A stretch of DNA of 64,000 nt. It comes from Camelus dromedarius (lineage: Eukaryota). The position numbers and the translations under genes were made by a program. The stretch lies in contig NC_087436.1 of NCBI RefSeq assembly GCF_036321535.1, positions 114,826,001-114,890,000 on the forward strand, given 5' to 3'. Under the pieces are notes generated by a model. The model saw nothing but the letters and a program-made list of their open reading frames with translations, was not told the origin of the DNA and ran no database searches. Each line of letters begins with the position of its first letter. Position 1 is the first letter of the stretch. This document shows, in pieces, positions 24,016 to 36,245 of the stretch.

Positions 24016-25959
24016 ACCCATTTATGAGAGAACACAGCCAGCACTTCCAGTGTAGTGAGCCTAAGAACTGTTGTAGGTCTGACCAATTTCCTGGCCGTCT
24101 GTCAACAGGATTAACTTATCATTGAAGGTTCCTTGGTGAGGCAGCGCTCACAGCAGGAGTGCCTGGGGAAGGCTGTGGAACGTGACTTCATGTCAGGGCC
24201 TCCCTACGGCCAAGCCTGCCTTAGGAAAGACTTCATTCTTTGGCTCTGCCTGCAGTAGGGAGCAAGGGGAGACTCAGGAGGGAGCAGGCAGGTGCCAGCA
24301 GCAGGAGGTACAGCTTCAGAGCTGGGGTCCAGCTTCTATTTCAAGCACAGGGTTTGTGTAATTGGATTGTCATTTGCCCAGTACACTCCCCACCCCTCCC
24401 CCCGCCCCAGCCGTCTCTCATGAGTGGCCCCCTTGCTCCATCAATATGGGAACATAGGGGACTTTAATTAAGACAGAGGGGCAGCCCTCAGGGAAGATGC
24501 TGGAGTGTGTTCAGCCCCTGAGCTCAGGAAGCATGACTCATCCCCCGAGCTGGGGGCTGGCACTTTAAGACTTGAGTGCCTGCCATCCAGTCCCCTCACA
24601 CACATGTCCCCTTTCTTTCTTTCCATTTCTAACTGAGAGAAGATATGCTTTATTTGAAGTGAGAATCCCCTGGTGTCCACGAATGTCCTCCACTCCCGCA
24701 AATGACCGCGAAGGGAGTAATAACTCAAGGAGTGCCGACAGAAGGCAGTTTAGTGATCTCATAGAGGGTCCGCCGGGCAGAGCAGGGGGCAGGGGATTAG
24801 GAGAACTTGGCTGCAGAACTCTGGTCCTGAGCCACATAAGCTTTCTTCTCTGCGCTCTGAGCAGGCAGGAGCCTAGCCTGCTCTCTCTACCTCCTGGGGC
24901 TGCGGGTCAGGCGCATGACATGGGCGATTGGGAGGGGAGCTCGGCCCCTGGAAATCCAGGATCAATCAATCTGTCAACAAAACCTACGGGGTATTTATGG
25001 AACGTCTGATATACGAGTGAGGGAAACCCAATGTATGTTAAGATTCATTATGTTAAAATATTCTTTGAAACATTCGGAGAGAAAAAAAAGAGAATTTGAT
25101 CCCTTCAAACATGGAAAGTCAGTTTCTGGCATTGTTGAAATGTAAAACTGGCTGAAAGCTGCCCGTGAGTAGTCGGGTGAAGAGACAGCTTGAGGGGTGC
25201 TGTTGTCCTGAAGCAGCCTTTTCGTGCACCCACGCAGGTCTTCATCCCCTGAGTCGCAGCAGGGTTAGGTCTAGCAGCTTCATCCGCACCACTCTGACCT
25301 CTGACCTCAAGACCCCACCCAATTCTGGGCTCTGCTTCCATCCAACCCCCCACTTCAGCCTTTGTCCAGCTTTGTACCTGCTGGACCTGCGAGGAGAGAG
25401 AGAGGCGGACAGGTGTGCGTTTCTTGGCTTGCAAACTACTGCCCCCAATCCTTTTGTCCCTCCCCTCCTGGAGTAAAAGTGTTAGTCCTCCTGACCAAGG
25501 CTAACTCCTTCGCTCAGGCTGGCGGCAGACTTTGCCCGGCTTAGGGCAAAGTGAAAATTCTAGGCAGGGGATTTTCTGTCTCTCCTCTGGTGCCTCAGTC
25601 CACAGTGGACAGGTGACCCCACTGTGATTGTAACCTCCGTGATGGAACGCACTCAGCATCTGGGTCAGGGGTGGGTGAGAGTCCTTCACTGCATTGTCCT
25701 CTGAGAAAGCTCTGCTCCTGCCAGCCTGGGTCAGAGCTGCCACTACCTTGCCCTGCCCCAAGATGCTGTTAGGGCAAGACCCTACTGGGACAAGAGGGTG
25801 ACGGCAAAAAGGGCCTTCCCCTACCCGCACAACCCGGTCCCTGTCTCGGGCAGAGGTGGAAGTGACCGCAAGGTGGGCAGGCAGGCCAGGAGGCACTCAG
25901 GAGCTCAGTGGGCAGCTCGGCCTCTGTCCCCGGGATGTGGTAGCGCTTGTTTGCCCAGG

Positions 25960-26110
25960 CTCCATGTCCCCAGCACATGCTCCATGTGAAAAACAGAAGA
26001 TCACAGATAAAATTGTTAGAATTTTAAAGACCAAAAAAAAAAAAATTTAAAGACAGCAAACTGCGGGCCCTTCTGACCTGCACAGGCCATGTGCTCACAG
26101 TCAGCCCCGA
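25960..26110 (-). mobile_element. hAT-Tip100 MITE remnant (MER45-like)
   Basis: 'aaaattgttagaattttaaagac...gcgggcccttctga...ctgcacaggccatgtgctca...cagccc' resembles a MER45 terminus. Confidence 0.45.
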
Positions 26111-26255
26111 CCTGACGGCTTTCCTGGAGATCACCCTGTTGCTTGCTCCCCTAGACGGTGCCGTGCCCAGGATGCTCTCTCCCCCTGAATCTCACTCCGT
26201 CTCTTCCCACTGAGTCTTCCCCTTAGACTATATGTTCAAATTCCACCTATTTTTT

Positions 26256-26554
26256 CCTATTGAAGTATAGGTGATGTACAATGTTGTTAGTTTCTGGTGT
26301 ACAACATAGTGATTCAGTTATACATATATAGATTCTTTTTCATATTCTTTATCATTATAGGTTATTACGAGATATTGACTATAGTTCCCTGTGCTAAATA
26401 GTAAGACCTTGTTGTTTATCTATTTTATATTTAGTAGTAAGTATCTGCAAATCCCAGACTCCTAATTGATCGCCCCCCCACTTCCCCCCTGGTAACCATA
26501 AGTTTGTTTTCTATGTCCATTTACAAGACAAAAACAGACTCACAGACATAGAAA
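26256..26554 (-). mobile_element. Short L1 3' insertion with 5' inversion and 18-bp TSD
   Basis: Minus-strand L1 3'UTR at 26256-26517, plus-strand L1 piece at 26518-26554. TSD aaattccacc(t/c)atttttt at 26238-26255 and 26552-26569. Confidence 0.9.
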
Positions 26555-26906
26555 TTCCACCCATTTTTTAGATACCTCCTCACCTTTTCTCCCCATCTTC
26601 CTTCTGACCTTCTGACCGATCTGTCTCTTCAAGAAGGCAGACTTGGAAAAAGAGCCAACTTTTTACAGTGTCTCTCTCTGCTGCTTTATGTCTCGCTCAC
26701 CCTTAGTCTCTTCCAGTGAGGCAAACTGCTTTCTCACTCTGAAAACTCCCCTTGCAAAGGTCGTCATTGAACTCCTAACTACACAGTGACTGCAAAGGTC
26801 GGATTTTCAGTGTTTCACCTTCTCTGACTAAAGAGATGCTGTTTGACGATGTTGGGAATGCCTCGTCTTGATATCCACGGCCATTTCTCTTCTGACTCTC
26901 CCTTCC

Positions 26907-27296
26907 CAGTTTATTCCCTCTGAGTTCCGGAGGCCAGAAGTTTGAAATGAAGATGTCGGCAGGGCCATGCACCCTCTGACGCCCCCAGCGTCAGATCATA
27001 CCTTACTTCTTCCAGCTTTGGGCAGCCCCTGGCATTCATCGGCTATGACGGCATCACTGCAGTCTCTGCCTCTGCCTTCACATGGCCATCCTCTCCGTGT
27101 GTCCCTGTTTCTCCACACGGCTTTTTATTGGGATCCCAGTCGTGTTGGATTAGAGACCCACCCCTCTTCAGAATTTCACCTTCTTTAACTGGTCACGTCT
27201 GTAGTGGCCCTATTTCCCAATAAGTTTACATTCTGAGATCCTGGGGGTGAGGGCTCCAACATACCTTTTTGGGAGGACACAATTCAAGCCACAACA
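26907..27296 (-). mobile_element. MaLR LTR (MLT1B/C-like)
   Basis: 'ttccggaggccagaagtttgaaatgaagatgtcggcagggccatgc...tctctgcctctgccttcacatggc...gggaggacacaattcaagccacaaca'. Confidence 0.85.
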
Positions 27297-28699
27297 TATT
27301 GTAAAAGTAGTGTAATATTGATAAAAAATGCATGCCATTTAATTTCTCCAGCTTCAGTTTGTTCATCTCCATAATGGCTGTAATAGCACTTGTTCGGCTC
27401 ACCTCATGTAGTAAAGACCATATTAATAGTCAATATAGAAGCAGGCATCCTTTGCAAGTGTGGCAGTTTATCATGATTGTAAATATGATCCCCTTTCATT
27501 GTTTCGAGGTTGCTGGGCTGTGCATTTGCAGTACCTCTTGGCGTGAAAGGTGTGGATTGATTAGGGCTTGGGGCGCACACTGAGGCTTTGCTTCTTCAAG
27601 AATGTCTTAGTAACCCCGTGTTTCTTAACTCTTGATATGTTTTCTCAGCCAGCTGGTACTGCTGGACTGTGAAATGGGGGGTGAGAATTTATGCCATGTG
27701 GAAGGGCACACTGGAGGAGCAGCAGAGGGATTCAGGTTCCAGGAGGTTAGGGAGCGCAAGGACCAGAGCCCACTGACTCCCTGCCCCCACGGCCTCCCTC
27801 TCTCACAGCTTGGGCCACTTGACCAGCCAGTCCTGGTTCTGGTCCTTGGAAGTGTCAGGCCCTTGGACAGTCAAATACTAGATGCTTTGAGAGCCCACAT
27901 CAAGCTGGCCTTCCTGACCTTGCCATGAGTAAGCCCTGCCTCGTGGCTGTTGTAATAAGAGCATTTTCTAAGCTCTGAGCAACTGGCCTTTTGCACCCAG
28001 ATCCCTTTCACTACCCTCCTTTCCCAGATTACCTCTCCTGGCGGCCTGGCTGTAGTGCCTGAATTCTACCATGACTCAAACTTGAGTTATGGCACTGAAC
28101 CGCCGTGTTGAATAGCAGGACAGAGGAAGACGAGCTTCATTAGCCACGAAGCCCGCAGCTGGCTCACTGCGGCTCCCCATCGGGCAGAGTCTGTGTGGTG
28201 CAGCCACGTCTGTTCAGAGTTTCCCAAAGAGTGATAATCTGAGATGCTACGTGGGGGCTCTCTGGTGGTACATGGAAGAGGGTGGGAAAACCTAGCTGCA
28301 GCTCCTGGCTTGTATCACTTACTGAGTCATCTTGGTCTTTATCTCCGTTTCCTTATATGTAGAACAGAGATTTTTTTTTTTTTTTCTAACTTGAGCAGAA
28401 CTCAGTGAGCAGTGATAAGGAACAAATGAGGCCAAGGACACGTGGTGTTTGGAGAGTGTGTGACATGCACGGGAGTGCCTGCACACACACAAGTTCAGTA
28501 GCCTAGGCACCTGCATGTGCAAAGCCATATTATCAGTCATTTTTAAAAGGACATAGTGGAAGTATGGCCTCTTGTTCTGCACTCTTCTCCCCAAGTCTGA
28601 TCCCTTTAGTCCTCACCTTTTCAGACCATCTCTCTGCTGCTGACCCTGCTCCCTTATGTAAATATGCTCTCTAGTACGACTGGGTTTTTGGTTGGCTTA

Positions 28700-28822
28700 A
28701 TACAAGGAAGACTTTTCAGTGGCCAGAGCTGCTTAGAGATGGAGTGGAATGCCTCACAAGATGCCCATTATTATAAGGGATGTGTAAGCAAGAGCCTGGA
28801 TAACCACTTGGCAGAAATGTCC
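28700..28822 (+). mobile_element. CR1/L3 LINE 3' fragment
   Basis: 'aggaagacttttcagtggccagagctgcttagagatggagtgga...gtgtaagcaagagcctggataaccacttggcag' resembles the L3/CR1 3' region. Confidence 0.6.
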
Positions 28823-28959
28823 ATTTTTAATTATTTATTTGGCAAATATTTACTGTGCACTCACTGTATACCAGGCATTGTATTAAGCACTGCAGAAACA
28901 AAAACAAGTAACACTCATGTGTCTAAACGTTTGGCTGGAACCTTAGGCCGGGGCTATAG

Positions 28960-29270
28960 CTGACTGCTCAGCACACATCATGCTTTTTCTCAGCCCTGTG
29001 CCTCTTTTTATGCTTTTTTCCTACCTTGCTCTGCTTACAGGTGGTCCTCCCTCCAGGAAGTCTTATCTAAATTGCATTGGTTCGGGTTCAGTCACTTTTC
29101 CGTGTGTCCCCAGAGTACCTGGTTTTATCACTGTATGTTATGATTCTTGATGTGCTGTGGATTCTTTGAGGTTCATTGGGGTGATATTTTTTTCATCTTA
29201 GTATCTCAGCAGTCAGCAACAGTGCTTGGCATCAGGTAGAGGTACAAACTGCATTTGTTCATTAAATGTG
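28960..29270 (+). mobile_element. L2 3' portion
   Basis: 'ctccaggaagtctt...catcttagtatctcagc...acagtgcttggcatcaggtagaggtacaaac...tttgttcattaaatg'. Confidence 0.65.
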
Positions 29271-29542
29271 AAGTGAGAACATACCTTCCCAGGTGAGGGC
29301 CAGATTAAGAAGAGTATTTTCTTTTATCCATAAGGCATCCCACTTTTAAAAAAGTTTTTCCTCCTTTAAGTAGTTTTTGAAATTATAAAACTAATATACA
29401 TTCCTTAGAGAAGATTTGAAAAATCCAGAATAAAGAGAGAATTAAGAAAATGAAAATACACTCGCAATCCCCCCACCCAGACACACTGATAACATACCCT
29501 TCTGGCTCTATTTTAAAATATTTTTCATATATGCATGTTTCT

Positions 29543-30104
29543 TTTTTTATTGAGGTATAGTCAGTGTACAATGTTGTGTCCATTTCTGGTGTACAGCACA
29601 ATACCTCAGTCATACATGAATATACATAATATTCATTTTCTTATTCTTTTTCACCATGAGCTACTACAAGGCATTGAATATATTTCCCTGTGCTATATAG
29701 CATAAACTTATTTATCTATTTTGCACATACCAGTCAGAATCTGCAAATCTCAAACTCCTAGTTTATCCCTTCCCAAACCCCTCCTCACTGGCAGCCACAA
29801 GTCTGTATTCTATGTCTGTGAGTCAGTTTCTGTTTTAAATATAGGTTCATTTGTCTTTTTTTTTTTTTTTTAGATTCCACATACGAGTGGTATCATATGG
29901 TATTTTTCTTTCTCTTTCTGACTTACTTCACTTAGAATGACATTCTCTAGGGCCATTCATGTTGCTGCAAGTGGCATTATTTTATCATTTTTTATGGCCA
30001 AATAGTAGTCCATTGTACAAATATACCACAACTTCTTTATCCAGTCATCTGTTGATGGACATTTAGGTTGTTCCCATGTCTTGGCTATTGCAAATAGTGC
30101 TGCT
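29543..30104 (-). mobile_element. Younger L1 3' end inserted in an older L1 fragment
   Basis: 'tttattgaggtatagtcagtgtacaatgttgtgtc...tagattccacatacgagtggtatcatatgg...atctgttgatggacatttaggttg'. Endonuclease site TT/AAAAA on the minus strand at ~30116-30123. Confidence 0.9.
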
Positions 30105-30129
30105 ATATACGTGCATTTTTAAATGATTG

Positions 30130-30578
30130 TGTATTTGTTAATATATTGCTGTGTGCAGTAATAAAGCGACCTCAAAATATCAATAGGTTAGCACAATAAA
30201 ATTTTATTTCTCCCTCATGTAAAGTTCAAATGGGTGTTTCTGATTGGAGGATGTCTCTCCTCCCAGTGATGATTCAGATACCCAGGATCCTGCCATCCTG
30301 TGGCTCCGCCATCTTTGATCCAGGGCTTCCAAGAGTGTTGGCCTGGGGAAAAAGGACTGGAGGATCTAGAAGGGAACTTTTTATAGGAAGACCTGAAAAT
30401 AGCCATGGCACTTTCTCTTGTAGTCCATTGTCTAACTTGGTTAAAGGTTGGTATTTTGTTAAGTAATAAATTAGTAATATGGTCACGACTAACTCCAGGA
30501 CAGACTAAGCAGTGTGGTATGTTGAGAGCACAGAAGAAAAGGACATGCTTTTGGTGAACTTTTAGCAGCCCTTCCACA
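30130..30578 (-). mobile_element. MaLR LTR (MLT1K-like)
   Basis: 'gcacaataaaattttatttctccctcatgtaaagttc...gattcagatacccagg...ccatcctgtggctccgccatc...ttggtgaac'. Confidence 0.7.
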
Positions 30579-30947
30579 AATTCAGGTACTTCTCTATGTA
30601 CATATTTTGGAGATTATATTTTTTAATAAAAGTAGTCATAAGGCTTTTCTCACTTTATTACACAATCCTTCAAAAAAGAATAAATATGTTCCTAATGTTA
30701 CAGATAAAGACTGTAATGGGTGAAGTAACTTGCCTGAGGCCCCTCAGCCAACATGTGGCAGAGCTTGTCCTCTGCAGCCCATCTCCAGACTGCTCCTGCA
30801 GCGCTTTGTAATGACAGGCATTCAGAGCAGCAAAGGGAAAAAGGGTAATAAAACCATTGTCATGACAGAAACCAGGAAGATAATCTAGAGAGTATCTTGA
30901 AGCATGACTGAGTAAGCAAGACCACTGCTCAGATACTTCAAACCGGT

Positions 30948-31041
30948 ATATATATATAGAGAGAGAGAGAGAGACAGAGAGACAGACAGACAGACAGACA
31001 GAGACAGACTGAGATGGAGACAGACAGAGATGGAGACAGAG
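30948..31041. repeat. Compound microsatellite (TA)n(GA)n(GACA)n
   Basis: Seen directly in the sequence. Confidence 0.9.
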
Positions 31042-31957
31042 TTAAAAAATAACCCCTAAACTCTCAACAAAAATGTAGTACGGGGGAGGCTTGGTGGATT
31101 GCAAATGTTCAGAATGCGCATCACTTACAGTAAGTGGTTGGTTTGGCCCATGGCCACTGTTCTTTGAGTTAGCATTGACCCTTGACAACTTAGATGACTT
31201 ATTGGCAGCATGCAAGATCATTCAACCCATGCCTGAGACTTCCAAGAAAAGAGAATTGACCTCCCTTGTTTGCAAATGACAACATTGGCTCTTGGAACCA
31301 AGCAAATGTTTTGTCAGGCTGACTATGTCTCTTTCTCACCATCTCCCATGGAGGGTCATGGGTTCCTGAGGTGTGAAAATAACTGGGAAAATTCAGAATT
31401 GAGCTAATACCTATTTGCTGGATTCTGAGCATACATAAGGCTTGCGGAAGCTGAGAACATGTTTATCAATGAACAAAGTTTCATTCCTCCTGTAAAATGA
31501 CCTCTCGATGTGATATATGGATATTGAGTGCCCTGCTGTGACTAAGAGCTATCTAAAAAAGAAAAAAATATAGCCACCTCCTGAAGCATGTATAAATTGC
31601 TTTTTTAGACCCTATAAAATTTTAGCTAGCACCAAACATAGAACTTCATTCATCATCCTACAAGTGAGGACTGCCAAGGGAAGCCGACTCTTCCTGAGCC
31701 GAAAGTGGCAACACTCCAGGATTGGCAGAAATCAAATGAATCATTTCCTGCTTTTAGTTTTAGATAAATAATCAGAAAAGATTGTCTAAATTATGATCCA
31801 AAATCCATTTTTCATAGCCTCAAGACTTAAGAACTTCATGTGGAAGCCCCTTTTTTCTAACTACTTTATTGCACAGCGTTGAAGAGATGGTAGGTAAAGC
31901 CACCAAGTCCAAGCTATGTTTTTAATGCAGGGAAGACTTATGACCTCATTGTGGTGA

Positions 31958-32511
31958 GTATATTAAATACATCCTTTTATTTTTGTATTTTGATGCTTTG
32001 ACACTGGGGCCTTGCTGACCCAGGAGGGACTGCCCCTCCCAGGTTAGGAATTCCTAGAGATAGAGGACAACGCACGCCGGTGGGGTGGGGGGCAACTTTC
32101 ATATGCAGACCAACCAATGCAGAGCCCATGCCCCCAGCCATCTCCTCTATGGGCTTTCGCACTCGGGGCCACTATCCATCTGCCCCATCACTCCAGCGCC
32201 AGGTACCAGACAACTAGGGGCAGCATGCTACCCTAGGCTCACAGAAATTATTCAGACCAGCCAGCCCTAAGCCTGCTGACTGCGCCTTACCTGTTCTCCC
32301 CTGTGGAAGCCACAGTAACAGCTCCTCCCTGAGCTTCTCTGCCTCTGCTCCTCGCCAGCCCTGGGGCCTCCCGTCCCCGGGGCCTCCCATGCCGCAGCCG
32401 CTCCTTCCTCCTCAGATCTGTGATGGTAAATCTGCCTTTGCCAAGGCAGTTGTTTCCGTATCTTTTGGTCTTGCCATACCTTCATCATAATAAAACCTAC
32501 ATTTTAACACA
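31958..32511 (+). mobile_element. ERVL solo LTR (MER74A-like)
   Basis: 'ggggccttgctgacccaggagggactgcccctccca...attcctagagatag...ccaggtaccagacaactaggg...gaaattattcagac...ttttaacaca'. Confidence 0.8.
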
Positions 32512-32514
32512 GTC

Positions 32515-32700
32515 AAGACAAAGAGTATAAAAATAAGAATCAAGGACTTGGGTTCCAGTCCTGATTCTGGAACTGCTGTCCTGGGAGACCTGGAGCAAGT
32601 CTCCTAATTGCTCTGGATCTCAGTTTTCTTGTCTCCAAAATGAGGTAGCTCGATTCCCTAGACGAATCCTAACATTTCTTTAAATGCCCAAATTCTGTGG
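32515..32700 (+). mobile_element. MIR3-like SINE
   Basis: 'gacttgggttccagtcctgattctg...ctcagttttcttgtctccaaaatgagg...aattctgtg'. Confidence 0.6.
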
Positions 32701-33591
32701 ATTTGCTCCTTGAACATGCGACGGGCTGTTCATTATGCAGTCTTCCAAGTGATGCGATTTCTTCCTGGAGCATTTACTGAATACCTGCTGTTTGATTAGC
32801 ACCAAGCTGGGCACGAGGGGTCCAAAGATGGACAAGAAAAACATCCTGCTTCCAAATGCACCGTGCGATTCCCATGTCCATGGGGGTGTCTGTAGAGCTG
32901 TGAGACATGTCTCTGCTGGCTCTCCTGAGAAGGCCTACTATGCACCAGAGACGCTGGAAAGCGCTCAAGTTAGCTGAGAAAATGCAGAATTAACGTGGAA
33001 CGTATAGACCAGATACGACGATGACGTGCCGTCAGCTGCTTTTTCTGTTGCGTGGGTGCAGATAGTCATAGATGCATAGTCAAATGAGAGGTCTCCAATT
33101 TGCTAAGCTTCTGTTTGATTCTGGAGGTTCTTAATTACTGATTCTCTATAACTGTACTCGTTGCTCAAGTACCGCAGGGCCTTGGTTCCTTGGGGAAATA
33201 CTTTTCATACTCATAGTACCTTCTACACTATTGCTTCCACAAAATATCAAATGTTCCCTCAACACTGTATTGGAGACTATTTTTCTGGGATTTTTAGTTT
33301 CTGAGTGTTTTTTTGTTTGTTTGTTTGTTTGTTTTTGGCAAGAGGAGGACAAATTCCATTCTGAATTCCACTTTTCAGCGTTTTTATCCACTGCATTCAC
33401 CTCCTCCTGATTTTATGTTTTCTTTATCTTCTGCGGCCTCCCCACTGGCATTAGCCACCGTTAAAATTTTCTATTGCTGCCTCACTGGGATTTTGCTGTT
33501 CCCCTTTTCAGGTATACTTTCCTATGCCTGTAGCAGGGATAATATTTTCAAAAAATATTAAAACAAGGTGTTTTTCCTTCCCCATAAACTA

Positions 33592-34600
33592 TGTTGCCTA
33601 GCAGTTCCCTCCGCTCAATGAATCAATGCCATTCATTGCTTTGGGGAGATTGTGGCTACCGACTAGAACAAAGGATTCATTGCTCAATTTTTGAGTTTCA
33701 TACTAGAGTTTTTAAAAAGTGCATAGAGAGATAATAGTCTTGACAGCCTCCTTTTCATGGAGAGAGATTTTGTTTTCTTTACTTGAAATTCCCCAAACTT
33801 CCATTTACATGTAAAAAGCAAGGCTGAGTATGTGAGCTGTATTGGCCCTTAGCCATCATGTAGAGAAGACAAGGAAGAATATGTGAGTTCGTGTCAGTGG
33901 AAAGGAAGAAAACTCTGCTGATGGGGGGAGGAGAGTCAGGAAGTGAGGATGAAGATGCTGCCTAGGGCTTGCTGAATGTGGCCCCGAGTCTGCACTCCCT
34001 GGTGGGGAATGCATTGCGCGTATCACTGGTAGGCTGAGGGAAAAGCTGAAAGGGAGAGGGCTTGCTTCAATTTCCATTTGAAATTTTGGAAAGAGAACAT
34101 GTAAGTGTCCAACAGACACAAAGGTGATAGCAGTCAAGCAACAGTGGGGTTTGGCCGAGGGTGGAGAGGGGATCTACAGTGGCCCGTCCCACTGCAGGTG
34201 ACATGGGAGGTCTCTAGAAGGTCCAAGGTGACCCTACGTGGGATGAGGAAGGTAGGGAGAAGTGAGAGAGACTAGAGGGTTCATAGAGTCATGGGCACGG
34301 GGTTCTGTAGAGAGGCTGCAGAATGGATGAGCCCAAATAACCCAGCCAGATGGACAAGGGAGTGGTGGTCGAGGGTCCACCACGTGGGCAAGAACAGAGA
34401 TGGAGAGCCTGCCACCAGGGGAAGATGGCGGAGCTTCCCAGGGCAGTCACTCTAGAGGAACAGCAGGTGCTTCCTCTGCAGAAGCTCTGAGGGCAGAGGC
34501 CAGGGATTAGAATTTAAAATAACCTTGAACCAGGAAGTATGAACTCCCCTTAAGCCAGAGGCTAGCAGGAGCTAGCAAAGAATGGTAGCACAGAGCCCAG
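33592..34600 (+). mobile_element. Possible ancient Gypsy-like LTR remnant (MamGypLTR-type)
   Basis: Begins 'tgttgcctagcagttccct...ggggagattgtggctacc' and continues as a purine-rich body. Family assignment is from memory only. Confidence 0.35.
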
Positions 34601-35219
34601 ACACCCCTCTCCTGCTTTCATACTTTTACAAAGTTTCCTCTGGTGTCCATCTATATGGAGAGACAGGAAGTGGAAGAGCTCTGGGGGAGCAGCACCAAAA
34701 ACTCAGCACTAGCTTAAAGGGTTCAAGTTTCCCAACATGATCCTTATCTCACGTTCATTAGTTGGCTATCGCTTGTAGCATAAATGCTTCTTTGTTTTTA
34801 ATCTTATATTTAAAACTAGCACAACATTGTAAACCAACTATATTTCAGTTTAAAAATCTTTTATTTCATGAGAGATAGAGCGGTCTGAAAGAGCATGTGA
34901 AAATTCACATCTATACGTACAGTTGTAATGAGGCCACATGGTCCAAATGCATCATTCTACAGGCACACAAACTAGAGGCATGACTTGTTCTAGGTTACAA
35001 AGGCTGGATGCAGGTCCTGAGGCAGTGGGGAGAGGATGGGGACTCTTTCCATGACGTTGGCCTCTCTGAAATACTCTGGATGTTCATTTTGGTTATAGCA
35101 GGTCTGCTATCGTATCTAAAAGATTTGATGAATTCTTAGAATGTTTTATCATGTATAGCCCTCATTTTCAATCCTTAGAGGGCTCTAGACATAACTAAAA
35201 TGAAAACATTTCATTATCA

Positions 35220-35405
35220 CAGTGCTTTTCAAAGTGTGGTCCCTGGACCCCCAGCGTGAGCATCAGCTGAGCATGTGTTAGAAATTAAAGTTCTCAGGCC
35301 CCATCCCAGACCCACTGAGTCAGAAACCCTGGGGGTGGGCCCTGATACCTGCTTTTTCACAAGCCTTCCAGGTGATCCTAGACAACAGAGTTTGAAAATT
35401 CACTC
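35220..35405. mobile_element. hAT-Charlie MITE MER5A
   Basis: 'cagtgcttttcaaagtgtggtcc...ctcaggccccatcccagacccactgagtcagaaaccctgggggtggg...gtttgaaaattcact', with terminal inverted repeats. Confidence 0.9.
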
Positions 35406-35915
35406 TATTATATCATAATTAGCAGTGTTTTCAGAAATTATCGATTTTCTTATTCAGGGTCATAAAGATAATTCATTTACACACTTTTAAAACAGAGGTG
35501 TGGCTGCCTGTTAAATATAATAGATAAAAAGAGCATTTCTATTTCTGTTCTTTCCCTCAAAACCCATTGGAAGCCATAAAAGAAGGTGAGACAGAGGGGA
35601 AAAAATGGAAATGTAAGTGGAAGCATGTGTGCTGACTTCTGGGAAGTGTGTACTGGGTCCAGGAAGGGCACTGAGCTCAGCGAGACATGTTCACGCTCAC
35701 ACTTAGAGCAAGACACAGACTTCCCTACAGGGAAGTGTTCAGGTCTTGGATAATCCAACCAATGAACTTCTCATTGAGCTGTAGGGCTGTGGGTGGAGGA
35801 GGTCCCTGTTTCACACTGATGCAACAGCCAGGAATGAAACAGGCAAAAGCGCAGGAGCTCACAGTCTAGTTGTAATGACGGATTGGCCTCTCCAGCACCA
35901 GATGTCCTAGTCTCT

Positions 35916-36245
35916 TGCTATGGACTTAATAATTGTGTTCCCCAAAATTCATGTATTGACTCCCTAACCCCTCAACATGATGGTATTTGGAGATGGGGTC
36001 TTCGGCAGGTAATCAGGTTTAGATGAGGTCGTGATGAGATCAGTTGCCAAAATAAGAAGAGACACCAGGGAACTTGCCACGTGTGGACATAGTGAGACGG
36101 GTTGTCTGCAAGCCAGGGAGAAAACTCACCAGGAGCCAAAGCTGCCTGCGCCTTGATCTTGGACTTCCAGCCTCCAGAGCTGAGAAAATAAATTTCTACT
36201 GTTTAGGGCACGTGGTCTGTGGCACTTCATTGTGGCAGCCAGCCC
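35916..36245 (+). mobile_element. MaLR solo LTR (MLT1A-like)
   Basis: 'tgctatggacttaat...ccccaaaattcatgt...ccttgatcttggacttccagcctccagagctgagaaaataaatttc'. Confidence 0.85.
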
